A stretch of DNA of 19,942 bases from Chlamydiota bacterium. Lineage in GTDB: Bacteria > Chlamydiota > Chlamydiia > Chlamydiales > SM23-39. This document shows positions 1-7,181 of the stretch, one piece after another; within the stretch, counting starts at the first letter, position 1, and every line of letters starts with the position of its first letter. Below the pieces are notes generated by a model, which did no database searches, was not told the origin of the DNA, and saw only the letters and a program-made list of their open reading frames with translations. The translations under genes were made by a program, and so were the position numbers. The stretch spans positions 1 to 19,942 of the forward strand of contig JBCAXK010000031.1 of the NCBI GenBank assembly GCA_038534095.1, given 5' to 3'.

Positions 1-30
1 TATTGCTGGCTCTAATTGACTGAAATTCAT
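1..30 (-). CDS. 5' end of a probable divergent gene running off the window (MNFSQLEPAI...)
   Basis: Minus strand reads AAGGAGG-ATAA-ATG (ATG = complement of 28-30) and stays open to position 1. Only 10 codons are visible. Confidence 0.5.
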   Translation of the reverse strand, partial: MNFSQLEPAI

Positions 31-62
31 TTATCCTCCTTGGGGTTTCCCAAGGAGGATAA
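31..62. promoter_or_regulatory. Perfect 14-bp stem-loop containing a consensus Shine-Dalgarno (AAGGAGG) paired with an anti-SD
   Basis: TTATCCTCCTTGGG (31-44), loop GTTT, CCCAAGGAGGATAA (49-62). No U-tract follows on either strand, so it is not a classic intrinsic terminator. Confidence 0.6.
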
Positions 63-158
63 CAAAATCAATGAAAACTTTGATGCGTCAGTTCTGCAAA
101 CAGGCTTTTCTCCCCTTTACAGAAATTGGCCTATCCCGATAATGAAAATAAAAAATCT

Positions 159-965
159 ATGCGTTTACAGAATCGAATCGCGCTCATCACAGGCGCTGGT
201 AAAGGAATCGGTCTTGCGATCGCCAAGATGTTTGCTAAAGAGGGCGCTACTTGCATTCTAACAGACATCGATGAATCCTTAGGCACGCTAGCAGCAAGTG
301 AATTAGGAACCCCTCACTGTTTCCAATATCTAGATGTTTCTATCGAAAGCGATTGGAAGAGGGTGATCGAGTATACGTTAAAGAGCTTTGGTCGGCTCGA
401 TATCCTTGTGAATAACGCAGGAATTACTGGTTTAGAGAAAGGCTTTGGACCGCAAGATCCCGAGCACCTTTCTCTAGAAGAATGGCGCAAAATCCATGCC
501 ATCAATTCTGATGGAGTGTTTCTAGGCTGCAAACATGCCATTAGCGCAATGAAACAAAGGCGCTCTGGTTCCATCATCAACATATCGTCTCGATCTGGAC
601 TGGTTGGAATTCCTGAAGCATCTGCCTACGCAGCGAGTAAAGCTGCGGTGCGCAATCACACAAAATCGGTCGCCCTGTACGCCCAAAAACAGGGGTACAA
701 GATCCGGGCGAATTCTCTTCACCCCGCTACCATTTTAACACCTCTATGGGACTCTATGTTAGGAACAGGAAAAGAGCGAGAAAAGAACCTCCAAGAGCTT
801 ACTAGCCACATCCCTATGAAGAAGATGGGAACTCCTGAAGATGTTGCCTTTGCAGCTGTATACCTCGCTTCTGATGAAGCAAAGTACGTCACCGGGATTG
901 AGCTCACAATTGACGGGGGAATTTTAGCAGCAGCAGGCGCCTCTCCGAAAAAAATGAAAGAGTAA
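159..965 (+). CDS. Classical short-chain dehydrogenase/reductase (3beta/17beta-HSD / cyclopentanol dehydrogenase-like subgroup), likely NAD-preferring
   Basis: TGAGKGIG Rossmann motif, acidic residue after beta2 (LTDID), NNAG, catalytic S and YAASK, C-terminal YVTG..IDGG. ATG 159 preferred over TTG 126 because SDRs typically start about 9 residues before TGxxxGIG. Confidence 0.93.
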   Translation: MRLQNRIALITGAGKGIGLAIAKMFAKEGATCILTDIDESLGTLAASELGTPHCFQYLDVSIESDWKRVIEYTLKSFGRLDILVNNAGITGLEKGFGPQDPEHLSLEEWRKIHAINSDGVFLGCKHAISAMKQRRSGSIINISSRSGLVGIPEASAYAASKAAVRNHTKSVALYAQKQGYKIRANSLHPATILTPLWDSMLGTGKEREKNLQELTSHIPMKKMGTPEDVAFAAVYLASDEAKYVTGIELTIDGGILAAAGASPKKMKE

Positions 966-1178
966 AAACGGCTCGTTTTTGTTCCTGATTGCAAAACGAT
1001 GCCTGCTTTCATCTCTTCGGCGCAATTTTGCTACAAGCCCTCCTCAAGAAGATCCTCTGATCACAGATAACCTGCTTGTTGTTCAGTAAGATAAGACGCC
1101 TAGCTCCTTGAAGTTCTTTTAAGAAAAACAGCAGCGATGCGCGGCAAGAAACGCCTTTTTACCTAACCCACTTTCCCC

Positions 1179-1208
1179 TTGCATCTTTCATTTATAACAA
1201 TGTAAAAT
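1179..1208 (+). promoter_or_regulatory. sigma66/sigma70-type promoter, predicted leaderless start at ATG 1216
   Basis: TTGCAT (1179-1184), 18 nt, TAAAAT (1203-1208), 7 nt, ATG. No SD. Confidence 0.6.
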
Positions 1209-1215
1209 TTTTTTC

Positions 1216-2547
1216 ATGTTTTCTTTTCCTCCTGTTCATCCAACCTTTTCTAGCATTTTTGGCAGCTATTACCAAAAAAACACCTACTGCTCTCCTGTCA
1301 CTTTTTCTCACCGTTTCATCACACAAAGACTTGTTCCTAAAGAAAATGTACAATCTATTCTCAATCAGTTCATCAGTAAGCACAACCTGCAACCCCTTTT
1401 GACGGGGAGCGCGAATTCTTTAACCCCTAAGCAAACAAAGGAGTACCAGGCTATCAAAGAAAAAGGCGGGGTATACTCTTTTGCGCATCCTCGGCTCCAT
1501 TACACTTTTTATCCTCTAAAACCCCTATCCTCATTGAAAACGCGGGAAAGTGCCTTCCACTCTCCCGAAAATCCTAGAGTGTATTTAAGCAAAGATACCG
1601 CGGAAACGGTCTTTCAACAAACGGAACTGGCTCCATTTTCTCAACTACCCTTGATCGAAAAGATGCGCGATGTGATCGGGAAACATAAATTGCCGGTCGC
1701 TTTAGATCCTTATCAACTTCTTGAACTTCCGGGCGCAAAATCTGAGGCAAACATCACGTCCAAGTACTGTATGGTAAGCCCAAATAAAATGACTTATGGA
1801 AGATCCACGATTGCTGATGTCACCGACAAATCGGTAGAGAATTTGAGGAGGATGAGCGCTTTGGACCAAGAGCTCGTCGCAAAAAGCCTCATCACCTTGA
1901 TACAAAATACAGGGGCTGTTTTGTCACTAGATCAGCTCTACTTTTTTAGCTCTTCCGACAGATCCAAATCCAACTACCTTGTCAAGATCCTACCCCGATT
2001 TTTGGGAAATTTCATCACACATCGTAGAGGGTGCTGTCACAGTAAACAAGCACAAGACAGCTTAGAAAAAAGCAGGCGCGTTTCTTTATCTAATCTGATC
2101 TATTCTCTAAAAAAACGGAGCCACTTCAATCACTTGCATGTTTGTATCCAATACCTTGAAAAGGCGTATCAAAAAGAGCTACAAAAAACAAGATCTTCGC
2201 TCACTACATTTTTCAGGGGCATTACAGGAGGGATGACCATTTCTTACCTCCGTTTTTTTACCACCCTTGCGACTTTTGGAGCCTTCATTCCTATCTATTG
2301 GGTCTATTCTTTCCTCGCTGCTTTTGTTAAGGCCATCAAGATCCGTAGCAATTACCTAAAGTTCAAAAAGATTCGCCCCGACATCAAAAAAAGAATCCGT
2401 GATGCTAAAAAAAGTATCCCTTTCAAAAAAATGCGCTTATCTTCGGTAGATGCAGGAATCGATCCTGCTAAAGAAAACGCGCTTTTCAAAAAAGCCTACC
2501 AAATCGCAGAGAGCTACTATTTATCGGTACAAGGAATTGTTCAATAG
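1216..2547 (+). CDS. Hypothetical protein, 443 aa, with a C-terminal hydrophobic segment; candidate secreted or inclusion-membrane protein
   Basis: Long ORF with its own promoter. S/P/T/F-rich N-terminus. About 40-aa hydrophobic stretch (GITGGMTISYLRFFTTLATFGAFIPIYWVYSFLAAFV) followed by a very Lys-rich tail. Confidence 0.8.
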   Translation: MFSFPPVHPTFSSIFGSYYQKNTYCSPVTFSHRFITQRLVPKENVQSILNQFISKHNLQPLLTGSANSLTPKQTKEYQAIKEKGGVYSFAHPRLHYTFYPLKPLSSLKTRESAFHSPENPRVYLSKDTAETVFQQTELAPFSQLPLIEKMRDVIGKHKLPVALDPYQLLELPGAKSEANITSKYCMVSPNKMTYGRSTIADVTDKSVENLRRMSALDQELVAKSLITLIQNTGAVLSLDQLYFFSSSDRSKSNYLVKILPRFLGNFITHRRGCCHSKQAQDSLEKSRRVSLSNLIYSLKKRSHFNHLHVCIQYLEKAYQKELQKTRSSLTTFFRGITGGMTISYLRFFTTLATFGAFIPIYWVYSFLAAFVKAIKIRSNYLKFKKIRPDIKKRIRDAKKSIPFKKMRLSSVDAGIDPAKENALFKKAYQIAESYYLSVQGIVQ

Positions 2548-2667
2548 ATTTCTAGAGATTTCCAGAGCAATCTACAAGCTCCATGATTTTTTCTCAAAGA
2601 GCTTGCAAAAATGCTCCAACAAGGCGCTACTACAAAGTAGATACAAAACACAAAATCTCTTCAGACT

Positions 2668-4230
2668 TTACTGATTTTGAATATGTACGTTCATCCCTGC
2701 ATCAAATAACCAGCGCGCACTAGATAAATGAGCGATTTCTGGATCATACGTTGTCATGTAGCCAGCTACTTGATTGAAACAAAGCGGATCGACTGCGTCA
2801 ACGCTTTTCTCCAAAAGGCGGTTCTCATAATCTTTCTCAATCATCGCAATCAAAGGCAATACTTGCGCAAACACCTGATTCAGCCTTTCTTGAGGAGAAG
2901 ACCCAAGTGCGCGATTCTTATAAGCATTGATCAAAACAGCAGGCACATAGGTAGGAGTTTTGTAATGGATAGGATTGTCTAAAGAAAAAGCTTGTTCTAA
3001 TTGCTCTTGTTTCTCTGGAGAAAGTCTAGAGAAAGCTTGATACAACATCTCTCCCTCTAGCGGGTCATAAAACCGAAGCATGCAGGCTATTCGAGTCAGC
3101 ATTTTTCCGTCAGCAGTTGTCACATCGAAAGCTAAGCGTTTAGCCGTTTTCTCAAGATACGTCAAGGCCACTTCTTGTTCTGTTATATTGCCCTCAGAGA
3201 ATCTTTTGAGCGAAGCAAATACATCATTCATACGCTGGTAACAGGGCTCAGTGAACGTTAACGAGCTTGTCGGAGAGACATGTCCAGCAGCGGCCATCAC
3301 ATCGAACCAATGACCTAACACCGCGTAGGTGAATGCCTCAGGATTTTTTGTAAGAACCGCACTTTCTTTTAATGCGCGCAGCATCTGCCAGGGCGTTCCT
3401 TCCATATGACTAACGTGCCCTAAATGCACCGGCACGTGCTTTTGTAGGACTAGCTGCGCTTTTGACGAAAGTCTTGCGTAAGAAGGGAGAAGGGTTGGTC
3501 GGGTTTTAAGAGCCGTGAGCATGGCGGCTAAAAACTCATCATGGTCTTCAGGCTGATGGTCCATATATTCTGCGAGCTTTTTTCTTGCAGTCCCACTTTT
3601 CCCAAGATCTCCGAGAACAATAGAGACACAAAAAGCTTCTTTGAGCTCTTGTGGGCTAATCTCCCCAAATCCAGAATTTATAAAACGGCGTAGCTGATGA
3701 TGTAGGGCCAAAAAGCTGTCGTAAGATAGCCGCTTCGATGCGGGCTGTCGGGCAACAAATTTGGTGTAACCTTCTTTCGAGCCTTGAAAAATGCATTCGA
3801 AAAAGGAAAGAGCCGCAAATGTTCGATCTAGTTCTTTACATTTTTTCCCAAAAATTTGTAGAGAATACGCATCATCAGAACTTGTTCCTCCTTCTTGCGT
3901 TTCTTTTTCGCTGGCTTCTGTAAGAAAAAAAAGCTCCTTGTATTGATTCAAGTGGAAACGAGCCTCGGCGATACCGGCGCAATCTTGCGCTTGCAAGGTC
4001 TCTTCTTTCTCAGAAGTGTTTGTATCTGTGACCAAAGCAGCGCTTGCTTGGTTACAACAAAAGCCCTGAAGCAAGGTTGTCGCCATCATCACCCATAGCT
4101 TGATAGAACGGGTAGCACCTGAGGAAAGGAATGAAAATCTCAACTTCTTACAGGCGGGTAAGGGGAAAGAATGCTGAGAAGAAACGTGGAATCTAAGATT
4201 TTTTGCTAAAAGTTTTCTGAAGACTTTCAT
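2668..4230 (-). CDS. Hypothetical protein with HD-like motifs (resembles the DUF6829 family), probably exported
   Basis: Long ORF with motifs ELDRT, IVLGDLGKS, DHDEF, HLGHVSHMEG and FDVMAAAGH. Signal-like segment ending ASA. Start uncertain (4287 TTG, 4242 or 4230 ATG, or later). Family resemblance is from memory. Confidence 0.75.
   Translation of the reverse strand: MKVFRKLLAKNLRFHVSSQHSFPLPACKKLRFSFLSSGATRSIKLWVMMATTLLQGFCCNQASAALVTDTNTSEKEETLQAQDCAGIAEARFHLNQYKELFFLTEASEKETQEGGTSSDDAYSLQIFGKKCKELDRTFAALSFFECIFQGSKEGYTKFVARQPASKRLSYDSFLALHHQLRRFINSGFGEISPQELKEAFCVSIVLGDLGKSGTARKKLAEYMDHQPEDHDEFLAAMLTALKTRPTLLPSYARLSSKAQLVLQKHVPVHLGHVSHMEGTPWQMLRALKESAVLTKNPEAFTYAVLGHWFDVMAAAGHVSPTSSLTFTEPCYQRMNDVFASLKRFSEGNITEQEVALTYLEKTAKRLAFDVTTADGKMLTRIACMLRFYDPLEGEMLYQAFSRLSPEKQEQLEQAFSLDNPIHYKTPTYVPAVLINAYKNRALGSSPQERLNQVFAQVLPLIAMIEKDYENRLLEKSVDAVDPLCFNQVAGYMTTYDPEIAHLSSARWLFDAGMNVHIQNQ
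3720..3740. repeat. Exact 21-nt direct repeat, copy 1 (CGTAAGATAGCCGCTTCGATG)
   Basis: Identical to 14480-14500. Flanking bases differ on both sides. Confidence 0.9.
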
Positions 4231-4302
4231 AATAAACACCATAGTATTTTGAGGGAAATTTAAACATACACAAATCAATCTACGCAAGGCTCTTTTTTTA
4301 AA

Positions 4303-4331
4303 TTGCTGGTAAAATACTATTCGTTTAGCAT
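4303..4331 (+). promoter_or_regulatory. sigma66/sigma70-type promoter for the CPBP gene
   Basis: TTGCTG (4303-4308), 17 nt, TAGCAT (4326-4331). SD GGAGA at 4356-4360 precedes ATG 4366. Confidence 0.55.
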
Positions 4332-4365
4332 TTTTAATTGCATTAGCAATACTTTGGAGAAAGCT

Positions 4366-5532
4366 ATGAAAAATTATTTATGTTGCATGACTATTTTATC
4401 TTTCTCGCTATTTAGCGAAAACGCTCCATTGAGTGGTGACCATGTGCGTGGTGACCACGCTCTTTCTAAAAGAGTAGCAAACGACCATCATTTAGGGAAT
4501 GTGTCTGATGCTACGCAGCCTTTAGAAGACAAACGCACTTCTGAGGAAAATCTGATCGCATCCAACACAGAGCTTTCTAAAGAAGACTCTCTTGTTGCGA
4601 TCGGAACAACTAACCCCCTTGCTCTTCCTCAAGAAGCGGGGACAATGATCAATCCAACAAGCCAGATCGAGCTTCCCGAGCCGGTGATCAAAGTCCCTTA
4701 CAAGAGCGCTTTGATTGCAACTGGCCTATCCACTCTTATCCCAGGACTTGGGCACGTTTACCTTGACGAACTTTCTAGCGCAGTGGGATATTTCGGAGCC
4801 GCTTTCTTGAGTGGTTTTTATGCTTTATACCCTTGGGATTTTTCTACAGACGAGCCCGACTTACAAGTAGAAGGGCTAGTTATGAACCAAAACACACATT
4901 TTCTTAGCATGTACGCAGCTTACAGAGACGCTAGAGCGTTCAATGGTCACGATACATACGCTTATAAAATGCCTACAGACAATCTAGATGATCTGACTTA
5001 CGCCTCTTTTTCTTACGCAACTCTCTCGAAACCTGAAGTGTGGGGAGGAGTCATCGGCGCTTTTAGTTTGGCGACATTGGTGAGTTACATGGCGTATTAT
5101 GAAGAGGCTCAGATGCGCCCAACTCTATCTCTCGATGATCCCATTTTTCCTTTTTTGGCTTTTCCGATAGGAATGGGCGAAGAGGCGCTTTTTCGTGGGG
5201 TCTTACAATCGACTCTTATTGAAAAAACAGGACCTGCTACAGGGATTGCCCTATCTTCTCTACTGTTTGGTTTAGCACATATGCCCAACGCAGCAGCTTT
5301 GGACGAAGACTTGCGATTGCGTTATTTTACCGTCTCCATCCCCTTCATTACCGCTTTAGGAGGCTATTTTGGCTTCTTAACGCACAAAAATTCCTCGTTA
5401 AAAGAAGCCGTTGCTGTCCACGCTTGGTACGATTTTGCGCTGTTTAGCTTAGCCTATTTCTTTGACGCAGAAGATTATGAAGAGGCGAGCATTAAGAAAC
5501 CAAAAAGCTTTTCATTTTCTTGGAGTTTTTGA
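4366..5532 (+). CDS. CPBP (CAAX protease/Abi, Rce1-like) family intramembrane glutamic endopeptidase with an N-terminal extension
   Basis: Motifs EEALFRG, FGLAH and HAWYD, with several TM helices. Signal-like N-terminus from ATG 4366 with SD GGAGA. Confidence 0.88.
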   Translation: MKNYLCCMTILSFSLFSENAPLSGDHVRGDHALSKRVANDHHLGNVSDATQPLEDKRTSEENLIASNTELSKEDSLVAIGTTNPLALPQEAGTMINPTSQIELPEPVIKVPYKSALIATGLSTLIPGLGHVYLDELSSAVGYFGAAFLSGFYALYPWDFSTDEPDLQVEGLVMNQNTHFLSMYAAYRDARAFNGHDTYAYKMPTDNLDDLTYASFSYATLSKPEVWGGVIGAFSLATLVSYMAYYEEAQMRPTLSLDDPIFPFLAFPIGMGEEALFRGVLQSTLIEKTGPATGIALSSLLFGLAHMPNAAALDEDLRLRYFTVSIPFITALGGYFGFLTHKNSSLKEAVAVHAWYDFALFSLAYFFDAEDYEEASIKKPKSFSFSWSF

Positions 5533-5576
5533 GGAAAATAGAGCTTACTTGTTGTGAAAACGTCGCGAACAGGTAT

Positions 5577-5626
5577 CCATAGGAGGCGGTGAACTAGCTC
5601 ATACATCAGTTCAAAGCCTCCTTTGG
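5577..5626. other. Long imperfect intergenic stem-loop
   Basis: CCA/TGG, AGGAGGC (5581-5587)/GCCTCCT (5616-5622), TGAACT (5590-5595)/AGTTCA (5608-5613), 12-nt loop. Confidence 0.55.
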
Positions 5627-5711
5627 TTGTAAAGACGATCTACGCTTTCAAAGCGGCTTCTTTAGAAAAAATAACTCTCAAAAAAACCCTTGTCTTCGTT
5701 ATGGTGAATAT

Positions 5712-7169
5712 ATGAGGATTCTCTTAACAGGGGCAAATGGTTATATTGGTTGCAGGCTTGCCGCTCTTCTTGTAAAAAAAGGGTACGATGTAACCGCTCT
5801 TGTCCGTGAGCCGCGAAGGCTCCACTTACCCAAAGCCACTTTGAGTAAGATCCATGTCATAAAAGCCGATCTTTTACAAAAAAAGACGCTTCGAGCCATT
5901 CCAAAAAACATTGATGTTGCGTATTACTTCATCCATTCAATGACAACCCCAAAAGACGATTTTTGTCGGCTCGATCGGATAGCTGCAGAAAATTTCGTTC
6001 AGCGCATAGACCAAACCTCTTGCAAGCAGATCATCTATTTAAGCGGTATACAAGACACGATTGAGGGGTCTAAGCATTTAGCATCGCGGGAGGAGATGGA
6101 GCATGTCTTACAAAAAGCGAAAGCTTCTTTAACAACGCTTCGAGCCGCCATCATCATAGGCTCTGGGAGCGCTTCTTTTGAAATCATGCGGGATCTTGTG
6201 GAAAAGCTCCCTATCATGATTGCCCCAAAATGGATCAAAAGTGTCTGTCAACCGATTGCTATTCGTGATGTACTCTACTACTTAGAGGGAGTTGTCGATA
6301 AACCGGCTTGCTTCAATCAAACCTTTGATATTGGCGGTCCCGATATTTTATCCTATAGAAAGCTTCTTTTAGAAATGGCGCGGCTTCGGGGGTTAAAGCG
6401 ATGGATCATACAACTACCTGTATTAACGCCTCGCCTCTCATCGTATTGGCTCTATCTCATCACCTCTACCAATTACTACTTAGCATCGGCTTTAGTAGAG
6501 GGGCTAAAAAACGATGTGGTTTGTCAAAATAACCACATCAAAAAGATTTTGCCGAAAAAGTGTTTATCCTACCGGGAAGCATTAGAAAAAGCTTTTGATA
6601 AAATCGAACAAGTGGGCGTGCTCTCTAGCTGGACAGACGCTCTTTCTTCAGGAAGAATGCGTCCAGGCTTTTTAGAGCATGTGCACCCACCTAAGGAGGG
6701 GTGCGTTCAGATGAGATTTACCCGCTCGTTTACTAAGAATCCAGAGCAGGTCTACGCATGCTTCATGGATATCGGAGGGAAGCGGGGATGGTATTATATG
6801 AACTGGGCTTGGACAATTCGGGGAATGATTGATGAGCTTATCGGAGGGGTCGGCATTCGTAGAGGGCGCGCGTCGAGAAAAAAGCTACGCATTGGAGATG
6901 CTCTCGATTTTTGGCGCGTTCTTTTGATCGATGAAAAAGAGCGGAGGCTTCTTCTCTACGCAGAAATGAAGCTCCCTGGAGAAGCTTGGCTAGAATTTGC
7001 CATTCACAAGAAAGGCAAAACCTTTTACTTACAACAATCGGCGATCTTCCGCCCTTTAGGGATTTTAGGGAGGCTATATTGGTACGCTCTTTACGTGCCC
7101 CACTATTTTCTCTTGAAGGGTTTGCTCAAACAGGTGATTCAGCGATCAAGCCATTATCCCAAGGAATAA
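5712..7169 (+). CDS. ybjT: Atypical SDR / NAD(P)-binding protein with C-terminal DUF2867 domain (YbjT-like)
   Basis: TGANGYIG, YYFIHSM, HLASR, RAAIIIGSGSASFE and QPIAIRD. C-terminal IGGKRGWYY...DFWRV...LYAEMKLPGEAWLEF...GRLYWY. Confidence 0.9.
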   Translation: MRILLTGANGYIGCRLAALLVKKGYDVTALVREPRRLHLPKATLSKIHVIKADLLQKKTLRAIPKNIDVAYYFIHSMTTPKDDFCRLDRIAAENFVQRIDQTSCKQIIYLSGIQDTIEGSKHLASREEMEHVLQKAKASLTTLRAAIIIGSGSASFEIMRDLVEKLPIMIAPKWIKSVCQPIAIRDVLYYLEGVVDKPACFNQTFDIGGPDILSYRKLLLEMARLRGLKRWIIQLPVLTPRLSSYWLYLITSTNYYLASALVEGLKNDVVCQNNHIKKILPKKCLSYREALEKAFDKIEQVGVLSSWTDALSSGRMRPGFLEHVHPPKEGCVQMRFTRSFTKNPEQVYACFMDIGGKRGWYYMNWAWTIRGMIDELIGGVGIRRGRASRKKLRIGDALDFWRVLLIDEKERRLLLYAEMKLPGEAWLEFAIHKKGKTFYLQQSAIFRPLGILGRLYWYALYVPHYFLLKGLLKQVIQRSSHYPKE

Positions 7170-7181
7170 TCCTCAGGCAAA

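Noticed and set aside
60..125. yybP-ykoY (Mn2+) riboswitch suggested by minus-strand UAAAGGGGAG
   Set aside because: It is not followed by UAGC, and the ACAUAC loop and GAGACC closing strand are absent.
71..142. Plus-strand 23-aa uORF MKTLMRQFCKQAFLPFTEIGLSR downstream of the hairpin's AAGGAGG
   Set aside because: SD spacing is long (11 nt), there is no regulatory codon run or toxin-like hydrophobicity, and the SD is explained by hairpin symmetry. Not fully excluded.
16..261. 81-aa ORF overlapping the SDR start
   Set aside because: Out of frame with a well-supported SDR, TTG start and no recognisable motif.
4231..4365. Extended TTG starts at 4287 (-) and 4303 (+)
   Set aside because: They would leave only 15 nt between divergent genes. 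The 4303 TTG is part of a -35 box, and ATG 4366 has a clear SD. The extended starts at 126 and 18810 were rejected on similar grounds.
5474..5605. Minus-strand ORF of about 43 aa (MYELVHRLLWIP...) behind AGGAGG in the 5577-5626 hairpin; possible type I toxin
   Set aside because: It overlaps the CPBP 3' end antisense and lacks a clear TM helix.
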